DNA of 62,023 bases, filler included. It is 14 parts of 14 records of this genome, joined end to end, with 100 filler letters (N's around TTAATTAATTAA, not from the genome) between each part and the next. Parts side by side here need not be neighbours in the genome. Positions count along the whole stretch, not along the records: positions 1 to 3,691 come from SRR15195285_8541; positions 3,792 to 9,501 come from SRR15195285_8542; positions 9,602 to 14,101 come from SRR15195285_8561; 11 more parts are not named here. One strand, written 5' to 3'. The notes under the pieces were generated by a model, which was given only the letters and a program-made list of their open reading frames with translations, did no database searches and had not been told where the DNA came from. The number at the start of each line of letters is the position of its first letter. Within the stretch, counting starts at the first letter, position 1. Shown here piece by piece: positions 1 to 11,144 of the stretch. A program made the translations under genes and the position numbers.

Positions 1-403
1 GCGCCAGACACTCTCTGAGAGTGTCTGGCGTCGTATACCAACCGTTACAGCCACTAGCATAGGGTGCGAGGGGCCGGGGCATACTCTTGAGGCCCGGATG
101 GGACAGCTACCAGCCGCTGGTAGCCACAGTAACCTTTGAATGCCGCGTGTTCGATCCCCAAAAAAGCGTTGCACAAATGTCGCAATACGCGAAATCCACT
201 ACCTGGGCACTGTTTTAGACACCACCCCGCTTATCGAGAGGCTAACTGTGTCTGGCAGTCAGCCCGGCGCGGCGCGCCACCATGCAGGCGACAGGGGAGA
301 GCACGGAAAGGACGGGTCAACTGGTGCGTGTCGGGGGGACACGGCTGGCTGGCTGCGCGGGCGGGCCAGGGACCGCTTGAGCCGCCAGCAGCCCCTTGAC
401 AGC

Positions 404-1396
404 ATGCAAAAGATGTTGACCATCATCAACATCACCTTCGCTGCCGCCGCTGCCAGCTTCGCGCTGGTATCCCCAACCATCGCCGACACTGCAAGCGGTG
501 GCGTGCAGGCTGCCACCCAGCGCCAGGTGCGCTGGTGGACAAGCTTCGAGAACGAGCCGACGAACGAGAACGCCATGCTCGCCCTGATAGAGACGCACCC
601 CAAGGCGATCACCGGTATCTATACCTACATCGGCGCCGGGCAGGGCGACTCTGGCGCGTTCTCGTTCGGCCACTCTGCCGCAACGCTGCGCAACATGACC
701 TGGATTACCGAAAAGGTGGCGCTGTTCACAAAGCTGGGGATCAGCGTGACGCCCGCTCTCAGTCTCACGAACGAGAGTGTCATGAGCGGAAGCGCGATGA
801 AGCGGGTGGATGAGGTGGCCAAGTTCGCCAAAGCCGCCGGCGTGAGTGGGCTGATGCTCGACTTCGAGCCAGCTACGAGCGAGATTCCGTGGGTGCGCGC
901 GTATGCTGCTTACGTGGCAGCCTTCACAAAGGCGATGCACGGCGTCGGGCTCAAGGCAGAGATGTGTGTCTCTGACTGGGGCATCCTTGACGGCCACTTC
1001 TTAAGAAACGGCACGAGCTGCTCTGGGCCTGACTGTGGATATGGCGTGTACGCCGAGACGGGTATCGACGTGATGATGAGCATGGCTGGCACGTATTTTG
1101 GGAGTAACCTGACTAAGAACAAGCTCAATGTCAATCTGGAATTGCAGCAAGGTGTCTCACTCACGCAGCTTGCAGTGGGTGTGGGGTCCACGCTCACCCC
1201 TGGGTGCGGCCCGCCGCTGCCACATGGACCGAACGCCTACAACTGGACTGAGGCGCGCATGGCTGAGTTTGTCGGCTACGTCAGTGGCAAAGGGGTGACG
1301 CAGCTGGACGTATGGCGCGTGGATATCGGTGCGGAAAGCAGCTGTACGGAGCCGTGGGTGTTTGCTATCGCGAAGAAATTCATTGCCGGAGCGTGA
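404..1396 (+). CDS. Secreted GH18-like (chitinase/N-acetylglucosaminidase-like TIM-barrel) glycoside hydrolase, intronless
   Basis: ATG at 404 is followed by a hydrophobic signal-peptide-like stretch (TFAAAAASFALVSPTIA). VSGLMLDFEP aligns to the GH18 FDGLDLDWE catalytic motif. IDVMMSM and a C-terminal LDVW strand also fit the fold. Confidence 0.7.
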   Translation: MQKMLTIINITFAAAAASFALVSPTIADTASGGVQAATQRQVRWWTSFENEPTNENAMLALIETHPKAITGIYTYIGAGQGDSGAFSFGHSAATLRNMTWITEKVALFTKLGISVTPALSLTNESVMSGSAMKRVDEVAKFAKAAGVSGLMLDFEPATSEIPWVRAYAAYVAAFTKAMHGVGLKAEMCVSDWGILDGHFLRNGTSCSGPDCGYGVYAETGIDVMMSMAGTYFGSNLTKNKLNVNLELQQGVSLTQLAVGVGSTLTPGCGPPLPHGPNAYNWTEARMAEFVGYVSGKGVTQLDVWRVDIGAESSCTEPWVFAIAKKFIAGA

Positions 1397-1963
1397 TTTA
1401 GCTAACTGCGGGCTTGGTGGAAGGAGATCGACGCAGAAGTACACTGGATTCCTAGGTGTGTTACCGACACGCAGCAAGCTTTGGAGCGTACCGTGTCCAC
1501 GAAAGTTCACTGCAAGCCAAAACCTTCGGGGGCAACGTGAAAATGCATTCATGGATTCGGTTGCTACGTCGCCATATCCGGAGTCCACGTGCGGATGTAC
1601 ATCTGCCTGCCAAGTGGATGAGGCTGAGTCCGTGTGGATCCTCTCCGGTTAATAGAGAACGCCTCCAATTACTCGTGCTGGCAGTGACAGGAGCGGATTC
1701 GCTGGTAGCTTAGAAACAGCGGAGCAACTGATGCATTCGATGTACGTTGACACGACCGTGTTCATCCTAGCGAGTCGTCGTCACACGCGGAAGCCCGCTA
1801 GCTCGTCGAACTAAGTGCACATTCACTGTGTTTGCCACGTGTAATGTAGGGTTGCTGACATAATTATGCCATCTGACGACTAGCGGCCGCCGAAACAGAT
1901 TTGCCAACTACCACCTAGACCAACAGCGTCACCTCCCGAGTTGCCTTAATTGGCCCGGCTGCA

Positions 1964-3451
1964 TCATTCATGACCACTTGCTGCGGCCTTTGACGGCGTG
2001 GCGCGTCCGTCTCCGAGGCCATCAAGCAGAGCCGCCAGCTGTCGCGATATTGCTGTGTGAACCTGCACGACCTCCTCCTCGCACACTAGGCCACCCTCTG
2101 CCGCACCTCGGACCAGGCCCGAAAGCCTTTCCTCCATGCTGCCCAATCTAGCTTCAATCACCTGGAGTCTGGGCTCACTCCCGCTCATGGCACTAACCTT
2201 CGTCTCGAGTGCCGCCAGCTCTGCCTCCTGTAAGGATATGAAGTACAACAGTCAAAATAGTGGTTTGTGGAAGAGGCGATCAACATGACGACTATCTTGG
2301 CAACACCACGAGCTGGTCGAGGAACATTGATGATGGTCGATGGCCACGCACTTGTCTCGCCGCACTGGCCTCTGCAATATACGCGCGGCGCTGCCAATCC
2401 AACGGCTGCACCCAGGCTAACCCTTGCGTCTCCCACCTGAACACCACAGCTGGACGTGCGGCAGCAGCAATGCATTGCCCAACCCGCTCTATCAGACCCT
2501 CCGCAAGCACACTGTTGGCAGAGTTCTGTCCCAGACGTCCGTGTGCACCCATCACCCAGCTGAGCTTCTGCAAGCGGACCAAGGGTTGAGTAGACGCCTC
2601 GCGCTCCATCTGCTCGCGGGTGGATTTGACTGCTGCATCATCTACTCCAAAATAGTCGAGCGTCTGCTGGGCCTCGTCTACAGCATCTTTTGAGCGCAGG
2701 TCGAACATTTTGATGAGCTCTCTCACCGCCCCAGCCTGTTTTGCCATATCGATCATCGATGTCGAGAGCTACAACAAGCAAGCACGCACGCACGCACGAA
2801 GGATTGGTGACACAAATCGAGACCGTGCGATGCTTGTAAGCAGACGGAAGACTTCAGGACTTTCGCTAGCAATGCTCAGCTGGAGCTCACCTGCCGGTTT
2901 GTTGAACGCGAGCAGGCCTTCCGCAGCGCATACGCCGCCCATTCCTGCACGCTGGCGGTTTTGGCCCCAAGCATACGGACAAGCTGGTTGATGGCGCCGC
3001 AGTCGCGCAGAGCGAAGCGAACCTCGAGCGAATTCACCGCGGAGGTGCCTAACACAGCCAGCGCCTGGGTCTGCAGATCCGGATTGCCAGAGCGAAGTAT
3101 GTCCATAATTGAGCGAATGGCACCGCAGTGGCAGAGCTGGTTGGAGTTGGCAGTGTTCTTGAGACACGCCTCGTTCAGCGCAAGACAGGACTGGCGCTGG
3201 ACGTCATCGCTCCGCGAGTCGAGCAGAGCCGCAAGCAGATCAATCCCACCCAGCTCACCAACCTGGCTGCGATTCTGCACGCAAAACGGGTGCTGTGGGA
3301 GGCAGAGCTCCCGCACTTGCTGGATCGCGGCCAGCTTCGTCGCCTCATCCGCGCTGCTGTACAGCCCCTCGACCGCGAGCTGGCAGGCGTGGTCCTGCTC
3401 CTGCCTCTGCAGCCCCCAGTTCTCCTCCGCCTCCTCATGCTCGGCTTCCAT
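1964..3451 (-). CDS. Armadillo-repeat protein with C-terminal coiled coil; 3 exons (3451-2891, 2768-2352, 2227-1964)
   Basis: Repeated ARM units (ELGGIDLLAALLDS..DVQRQSCLAL; CGAIRSIMDILRSG; CGAINQLVRMLG). GT-AG introns 2769-2890 and 2228-2351 join the three ORFs in frame. Confidence 0.8.
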
Positions 3452-3691
3452 CGACCCACACGTGACCCAGCAGACCAGGGCGGCTGCAAATCCCCAGCTG
3501 TGTGGCCAGGATCCCCTTTCAGAGCATTGCAGCACTGAATTCCAATTCAAACCCGTCACCAGCCTCCCCACGCAGCGAGCTCTCGCCCGGCTGCGCGAGC
3601 TCTCCTGCCTACCGCTGCCAGCGCCCGCTACTATTATAGTACAGGTACCTTAAGGTACGGTTTATAGTGCGGGTCCAAACATGATTTTTGG

Positions 3692-3791
3692 NNNNNNNNN
3701 NNNNNNNNNNNNNNNNNNNNNNNNNNNNNNNNNNNTTAATTAATTAANNNNNNNNNNNNNNNNNNNNNNNNNNNNNNNNNNNNNNNNNNNN
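3692..3791. other. Artificial contig-joining linker (44 N + TTAATTAATTAA + 44 N), first of 13
   Basis: Identical 100-bp spacers at 3692, 9502, 14102, 18651, 25181, 28519, 31968, 35360, 39810, 43675, 47061, 53760 and 58003. The 12-mer gives stops in all six frames. Confidence 0.99.
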
Positions 3792-4208
3792 CAGGTGGTC
3801 AGCACAGACGGACGATCCGATGGACAGCAGCGCGAACCTGAGCTCAGGAGCGCGCTGACCGCTCTCGCGAGGCAGTTGGCGCCAACGGTTCTCGGCGGTT
3901 GACAATTTCAGTGTATTTCACAAACCTGGGCACTGCACCCTCGAAGCGATACAGCTCAGAATCAGAATCAGATAAATAAGCGATACAGCTGTAGCTACTA
4001 CGGCTGTAGTACTACAGTAGCATCGGGTGTCGAGGTTGCGGCGGTAATAGTCGAGTTGGTGATAGGCGGCGGTTGCTGACCAGGACTCAGAATCGTCCGC
4101 CGGGAACAGCCGTGGGCGAGTCTCCGCCAAAATTATTTGGTCGCGCATTTCGTGCCGAGTCCGAAACTAGACGCCGAAATCTCCGATGTTTGCTTCGAAG
4201 AGTCGATC

Positions 4209-4263
4209 CGATGGTGTGGTCTATCAGTTTCACCATCGAGCCGACTTATAGACCACACCATCG
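4209..4263. repeat. Perfect 16-bp inverted repeat with 23-nt spacer
   Basis: CGATGGTGTGGTCTAT (4209-4224) and ATAGACCACACCATCG (4248-4263) are exact reverse complements. Confidence 0.9.
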
Positions 4264-4633
4264 CGATTATGCACAAGAGTGGCATGGCGATGGGGCGCGA
4301 AGACATACCTACAGCCACGTTGCAGGAACGAGTGTCTGCGACGGGCGAGCGTATTGTTTGGTATGCATACCATGCTACACATTTGGTTCGGGCAATGAGC
4401 GAGTGCTTGCCCACTGGCGGTGGTAGCAGTAGCAGGAGGAGGTGTCACAGCAACCTACAGCCACACACGTACGTGCGACAGGGCACAACGGCCTCTTGCC
4501 CTACTGTGTCATTGGGGGTGCTGGTTCGGCTGCCACTTGATGGAGTGTTGTGTTTGAATTCATAGAAACTTGAACACCCCGGTAGTACCAAAATGGTGAA
4601 ATCTGGAGAAGACTCCAAGATGGGGCTTGTGCA

Positions 4634-5295
4634 TCAGTTCATCAGGAGTGGGCATGCCGAAGCCGGACCCGAGTGCAACAACTTAAGAGCAGTAGCCCCA
4701 GCTGTCGTCATCAGACCCAGCCACGCGTACCTGCTCCATACAGCATTAGTGTATAAGAGAGAGACAGAGACAGAGGCAGACACAAAGAGTCGTGCACAAA
4801 TTTTGTACGGAGCAGGTACCAGATCATGACGCCAGTCCCCTCGTAGCGCTTGCTCGGGTCACCAGAAGCGTACCCTTTGGCCCAGTCAAGGCGGGCCTTG
4901 CACCAGAATGCGCCCAGGGCCGCGGTCGTCAGTGGGAACGAGATGCCGCCGACGAGCGAGCACGCGAGGAACGAGGGCCACGACTCGAGCGCCTGCTGGT
5001 GGCCGCGCTGTATGCAGTTGAACTTCTTGGCGTTCTCAGAGTCGCCTGCGGCGTACATCTGGGGATACTCTGGCGCGTCCGGCACGTCCTTCCGCGCCTT
5101 GCCGACTTTCATGCCTAGTACCAGCATCGTGAAGGACGAACCGACCACGTTGGCAAGGATCACCGCCCCGAACGTGGAGGGGATGGCGATGCTCGTCGTC
5201 CGGCCCAGCGCGGGCACTGCAGCGGTGATGTGGGTCTCCATGTACGACAGGGCTGAGGCGCCTGCGACTGCCTTACCGATAAAAGAGGCGGCCAT
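4634..5295 (-). CDS. MGST3: Microsomal glutathione S-transferase 3-like (MAPEG family); 2 exons (5295-4820, 4730-4634)
   Basis: VGKARK..YPQMYA..KFNCIQRGHQQALE and GYASGDPSKR are MGST3 motifs. Splicing 4731-4819 gives ...VMIW|YAWLGLMTTAGATALKLL, completing the last TM helix. Confidence 0.88.
4727..4819 (-). mobile_element. Putative Introner: 85-bp MITE-like element (4731-4815) with 12-bp TIRs and GTAC target-site duplication, forming the MGST3 intron
   Basis: Minus strand reads TG|GTAC-CTGCTCCGTACA...CACTAAT...TGTATGGAGCAG|GTAC. The TIR matches 11/12 and GTAC flanks both sides. The intron equals the element plus one GTAC copy. Confidence 0.6.
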
Positions 5296-6127
5296 CTTCG
5301 AGCTCGAAGTGCTGCCGGCGCTGCCTCGCTCCGTCCGTCGCGCGCGCGCGCGATCCGGCGGCGGCGTCGCGGCCGCGCGCTCGCTCCCCGTGGCCGCGCG
5401 CGCGACGCGTGGTGCATTCTAGCATGTCACTTGTTGCATCAGTCGTCGCCGATCCAGCGTACTGCGTAGAAGGCTGAAGGCAGGTACCTACAGTAATGTA
5501 CCGGTACAGTTTTATTGAGAAAAATGAGTTACTAGTACAGGTACAGTTTTTTTAAAAAAATATGTAGAACTGTTAGGCACATGCCAGTTAGGCAGCATGC
5601 CTCAGAAATGACCAAGACCATTCGCCCCAGCCCGGCGACTGTAGTTTTAAAAATTCAATAGGGAGGGGGGCGAAGCTGGGTCTAAACATCGACCCGCCGC
5701 GCGTCACAGCTGGCTAGACTACATCGGCCAGCCAGGCCGGGCGTTTGCCCGCCGCTACGGAGAGACCGCAGTTGACATAGCTAAGTAGACAAAACCTAAC
5801 CTAGCGCGAACGCAAGCACGTCATCCGTCATCGCCTAGGCCACCACCGTCAGGCGCTCTCCATCGCATCACCGCCACTGCGGTGCTGCGGTCGGCCACGC
5901 GCCCGCCACCGGTCCGCGGGGTGTCGCCTCAAGGCGCTCTGGGTGCGTCCGCCCACTGCGTGGGCGAATCAGCCCCGACCACTTGGGCTTCTTAGTTGGT
6001 GATAAAAGTTGTTTCATTGTTTTTCTGCGGCTCCCACCTCCCATGTCCCCTTTGTGGCTGACATCCCCTAGCGCTCGCCCAACGCTCCGAACACCAGTTT
6101 AAAACTGTACGACCGACTCAACGAGCC

Positions 6128-9100
6128 TTAGCAATGGCAATTTTCGAACGGTGGATTGAACTCTGGGGTTTGTCCAGGCGGTGGCGGTGATGAACCAGGT
6201 GCCGCGCAACTAAATCCGGTCACATCGACACCCACATCAACGTGGGAGAGGGTATCAACAGCTACTACGCTGTTGGAGCTCGCTAGCGATTCGTCCCGGT
6301 AGCTTTGTAGCGTGTCCCAGTAGCTCCGAGACTCACCGACCTGATTGAACACGTTGCCTTGGGTGCCGGAGCCGTCCATGATTGCTTGGGCTGTGGGCGG
6401 AGGAGCGCCAGGTTCGAAGAGGGTGTTGTCCCACATGCTGCAGTTGCTTCCCTGGGTACAGGGAGTCAAAATCACATCAACGGGCAGGACAGTGGTTAGT
6501 CAACATTCAATCGTGTACAGTGTTCAACAAACATGCAACACGCGCAATGTTGGTATGTTGGTTGAACAGACGCCGCACAGCATTCCAGCACCCGGTACCA
6601 TTCTCCGCGAAATTCGAGAAGATTGGGCAGTTTCGAATGGTATTCTTCCATAAAAAGAGCCACCAGGCGTTGCCATTTGGTCTGGCAGGCCGCCCATCGT
6701 TGAGCGCGGACGCTACATTGTGTGAAAACTCTGTATTCTGATTGCCCTCGTCTGGATAATAAGCTCCCATTGATTGATCAACCTGTCTGTAGACCCAGTT
6801 GTGTGTGATTTTGGAACCGTTCTGTGGACCGAGTGTGTCTACGATACATTGACGTGCAACAGTATGAGTGGTTGGACCATGAACGCGCCACTGTACAGAT
6901 AGTCAGCAGCTCGTAATGCTTTCATAGCAGCTCGTGTTGACGGCTATGTTCGAATGCAATGATAGAGGCAAGTGGAAAATGAGTCCATGCCAATAGCTGT
7001 CAGGCAATGAGCCACCCGTGTCGATCTGCTGGCACTACTTACAGATGCCACCACCATCATGCAGTGTCTTTTTGTAGTCGTGGACACGGTTGCTTGAAAT
7101 AGTGTTGTTGCCAGCCCACGATTCTGGATGTCGGCTCCAACCGTAGCCCATACTAATTCCGGCCCAGGTTGTGTTGAACACCTCATTATGCGAAAGGATG
7201 GTCCCGAAGGAGTAGCCGACGTTGATGCCAGGTAAACCATGGAGCTCAGCAGCAGGCTGCCTGCGCACCACCCACAATCAGCAGAGCATCATGCGGATCT
7301 GCATCAGCATACGGCATACGACTACAACAGGAGCTCTGGTCTAGCCCATCAGGCCATCACACAGATCACTTTGACGCAAAACAACGACAGCAACGAGATG
7401 TTCTTCTCGCATTTTAACCACTGACACTCTGGATGTTGTGGCACGCACGAGATGACCGAGTTGTTCACAATATTAAAGCGATCCCACTGTGACGAGTGCT
7501 CATCTCCGATGTACGAGGAGTTGACCGAGCCAATCTGCACGGCTGCACCCGAGATATCTTCAAACCCGCAGCCATCAACCATGCAGCCCGTCGCACCGTT
7601 GCTGAACTCCACAGCGGATGCACCCATGTGCACGAATGAGCAGCTTTCGAACACTACGTCGGTAGACGACCTAAAGTAGATATTTCCGGGGGTAATGATC
7701 TGGGTTTGGTCTTCTGAGCAATTCTGATTGCCTGGTTTGTTGCCGACGAGGCACGCTCCTCCCTGAAACGTCAAAGGGTCAAATGTATTAGTTTGGGCCT
7801 ATGCTGCCAGGTGGCACACAAATCACTCACCTGGAAGTCAACAAAGCCATCCTTCTGACCCGGCCGCAGCCAGGTTGCATATCCGAACTGAATTCCTGTG
7901 AATTTGACATGCGCAACGTGATATCCTCCAACAATGGTTTCGAGACGTGGCAGCCAGACTGTGGCGTTCCGTGGATCGGAGTCAGCTGGAAGGGCCAACT
8001 GCACGTTGACACGGCCTTGATTGTTGAACAGAGCCCACTCATGCGGCTGACGAATATAAGCCGCGCCTACGTTTTCTACCCTCTGTGGTGGTGTGGTGAC
8101 TCCGAAGAAACAAAGGCCACCACCACGGTAGCGCAGATTGAAGAAACACGGCTGCATCATCACGACGGATACGTGGGTAGAGTTCAAAGCAGCGACGTAG
8201 TCCACTGCGCACCGTGGCTCTGTCCATCCTGCCTTCCCTCCAGCCCAGATGAACTCGACGCCACGCCCCAGCGCGCCACGATTCGTCGGCCAGCTTAGCG
8301 CTACTTGAGCTCCCTTTCCTGTTAGAATGAAACTCGTATTGTCGCTCGATGATCCAGCGAAAAGCGACGCAATCGAGCGATCATCCAGCGTAGTTCTGTT
8401 TTGCCGCACATCGTCGACAAACAAATGCCTATCTTGGGTTCCATTGATGTTAAGACTACTGATGTCCGCCGACCAGACCTTATACGCGCTAGTATTGCTT
8501 TGCACCTGCGTCCACCCCCCCACACGAGAGCCTGCGCTGACCAATACGCTGCCAGGAGGTCCATTTGCCCACCAGTGAATCGGCGCGTCCACGGAGTTTC
8601 CAGAGTCGGCTGGACCCGACATCTGGATCGGCTCGGACAGCTCGTACTCGCCCGGCTCAATGATTACTTCCAAACCACCCGGCGCGTGTGTCTTTGCCTT
8701 GCGCACCGCTAACTGTGCGGCGTGTAAGCTCTTGAGCGGGTCACTGGCCGTGCCCAGGCCAGTGTCTTTGCCTTTCGCTGCGTCTACGTAGATGACCACC
8801 TCGCCATTCTTGCCTGGTGTCTTTGGAGGTCTAGGGGCGATTGGTGGTGGAGGTGGTGGCTTTGGCCGTGGCTCGACGGGAGAGATTTCGCAGTGCTGCC
8901 CAGTGAAACCGGCTCGACAGCTGCAGCGATTGCTGGTGGTGTTGCATGTCCCACCGTGGAAGCAGCCGCCCGGGGAACACGGAATCGATGGTGGAGGAGG
9001 GTTTGGTGGCGGCGGCGGAGTTGGCGCCGGAGGAGGAGGTTGGGGAGGTGCAGGAGGCCCAGGTGGCGGCTTGTACCCATGCTTCTGCCACGTTTTCCAT

Positions 9101-9426
9101 TGCCCAGCATGGCTGTTGTCCAGTGACGTGTAATTCACCACGGGCCGAAAGTAGGTCGACTCGAACTGCGCAAATGCAACGCACTGGCCGTCAGCACCAC
9201 AGCGCCGCTCGAGTTCGCCAAGTGACACAGCCAACCGCCCATCTGTGGTCGTGCCGGAGCACATCGGTGACCCCATATCGTGCACCCCGTTCTGGCCATT
9301 GCCACATCTTCTATTGGAGAGATCAGGCGTTGGCAGCCCGGCAAACGGGCCGTCAAAGTGAGATGCTGGTGCTACCACAACGTTCAGCAGACACAAGCCA
9401 AACCACACCAGGCAAGGTCCCTCCAT
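6128..9426 (-). CDS. Secreted right-handed beta-helix carbohydrate-active enzyme (GH141-like) with N-terminal Cys module, Pro-rich linkers and EGF domain; 5 exons (9426-7831, 7762-7449, 7260-7043, 6838-6579, 6451-6128)
   Basis: Signal peptide; EGF motif CFHGGTCNTTSNRCSCRAGFTGQHCE; IYVDAAKGKD..GT.SDPLKSL, DSG...PI.W, GISMGYGW, LHDGGGIYTLGPQ and YPDEG, typical of bacterial-type beta-helix glycosidases. Four GT-AG introns restore the frame. Confidence 0.78.
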
Positions 9427-9601
9427 GGCCTTCAGTGCGATCGCACCCCATGGGGCTGCGCTCGGCCTCAGGCTGATGCTGCTGCTGCTGCTGCTGCTGC
9501 TNNNNNNNNNNNNNNNNNNNNNNNNNNNNNNNNNNNNNNNNNNNNTTAATTAATTAANNNNNNNNNNNNNNNNNNNNNNNNNNNNNNNNNNNNNNNNNNN
9601 N

Positions 9602-10931
9602 AGCAGCAGCAGCAGCCGCCGCCGCCGCAGCGGCGGCGGCGGCGGCAGGAGAAGGAGGAGGCTGTGGGACCTCAAGATCCGCAAACTGGTGCTCACCGGC
9701 GCTTGGAGAGTGCGGACAGGTGCAACGCTCACAGCACTTGCACCTTGTGTGTTGCGGACGCCGCGTGTGGCTGGTGCTCGGTCCCCGTGACTTATGCTGA
9801 TGGGTCACCGGGCCATCAGTGCGCAGGCTACGACGCTGCTGGGCACGCAAACCCTCCGTGGACTTGCCCGGCCATGTATCAGCTCAACGACTGTGGCGAC
9901 TATCTCTGCGATCAGGACAGCTTCCAGTGCCGTGAGGCGGGGCCAGGCGAAATGGGGACGCTGACGAAAGAAGAGTGCGAGGGGCAGTGCAAGCCTTTAG
10001 ACAACAAGATCTACACATGCAACCAAGAGACCTTCACATGCGAAGCGATGCCCGACGGCACCCCAGGCGCCACATCGGGAGAGGTTTGTGAGCAACAGTG
10101 CAAGAAGCCACCACCATTGACCAAGTGCGACACGGAGACCAAGACCTGTGAAGAGGGATGTAAACTGTAAGTCCTAGCCACAATGAGCTTCTTCATCCAA
10201 TGCGCGTCGTCTCCATGACGAATTCGCAATCCGAAAGTCACGTTGAGTGTACGGGACAGGGGAGAACAGGGCTGCATTGAGCAGAGTGTCTGCGAAGAGC
10301 AGTGCAAGCAGGACCCGACCCCACCAACCCCGCCGACGCCACCAACCCCGCCGACCCCGCCGACCCCGCCGACCCCACCGACGCCACCGACGCCACCACC
10401 GGTTGACCCCATTACGCCACCTACTCTCCGTGGCGTTTGGCGTGGCATCGGGATCCAAAACGGCTGTCATTTCGGCGAGTGGGATGTTGAGATTGGTGAG
10501 AGCTCGGCCATATTCAAGAACGCTCAGTCTCAGGTCTGGCACGCGAACATAACCACAGGCGGCGGCGTACCGATGACAATCACGCCCACTGACGGCCCGA
10601 ATAAGGGACAGGCCATTCAGTGCTTATATACCCAGCAAACCGGTCCAGGTACTTTCTTCAGAGTTCTAGGCGTTCGCCTTTGCGCGACTCCTGCTCTAGA
10701 CATCGAGACTGACTGTAGCTAACACAACACGTGACATGTTGTGCAGAAACCACACGGATGACCCTTGCGATGGGTCTGCCTGGTAGTGGGTCGGCGCCAG
10801 AGAGCTACGACCTTGCGATGACTGCGCAAGGCGGGATGGCCGAGCTCTATCTATCGAAGTGCAAAGATGCGGAGGGGAGCGACCCTGTTGGCACACCGCT
10901 GTGTGACTTCAGCCGCAGTGCGCCGCATTAG
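9602..10931 (+). CDS. Cys-rich extracellular protein (PSI-like motif, repeated Cys modules, PT linker), 5'-truncated; introns 10167-10259 and 10649-10746
   Basis: CTLCVADAACGWCS (PSI-like); three CxxxxxxC...CExQC modules; (PTP)n linker. GT-AG splicing gives KL|GEQGC and GP|ETTRM in frame. Confidence 0.7.
10315..10400 (+). repeat. Coding 9-bp tandem repeat (Pro-Thr-Pro)n
   Basis: Degenerate CCNACNCCN units translating to PTPPTPPTP... Confidence 0.9.
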
Positions 10932-11144
10932 CTGTGCTGTGCCGGGCGAGACTGTGCACATTTGTACAAGTGCCAATACAACATCGCGAAAAGCAAGCAC
11001 GCGAGTACGGTGCAGTACACTTACCATAGCACTACAAAACGACATTGGCGGGGTACCACATGCAGCAGACCTCTGAGCACGTCTCATCGCTTCCTAGTCT
11101 CAGGCGTTTCAGAAAGTCTGTCCAATTCATCAATAGAGAGCTAT

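Noticed and set aside
140-403. Upstream ORF extensions (140, 14525, 19476, 25479, 28511, 3571)
   Set aside because: They run through UTR or repeat-like sequence, mostly from non-ATG starts; downstream ATGs fit signal peptides or homology better.
2228-2890. Introner-like structure in other introns (ARM, beta-helix, PAN3, FOXRED2)
   Set aside because: No terminal inverted repeats or flanking duplications were apparent in those inspected.
4137-4565. ORF starting VAHFVPSPKLDAE..FEESIRWCGL, faintly like a Ty3/Gypsy integrase segment
   Set aside because: No SDRD or other DDE motifs and no RT or LTR nearby; it overlaps the DNA hairpin, so chance is likely.
5503-6110. GTACAGTTTT ... AAAACTGTAC as TIRs of a about 600-bp MITE
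   Set aside because: Only a 10-bp low-complexity match, two alternative left copies and no convincing TSD.
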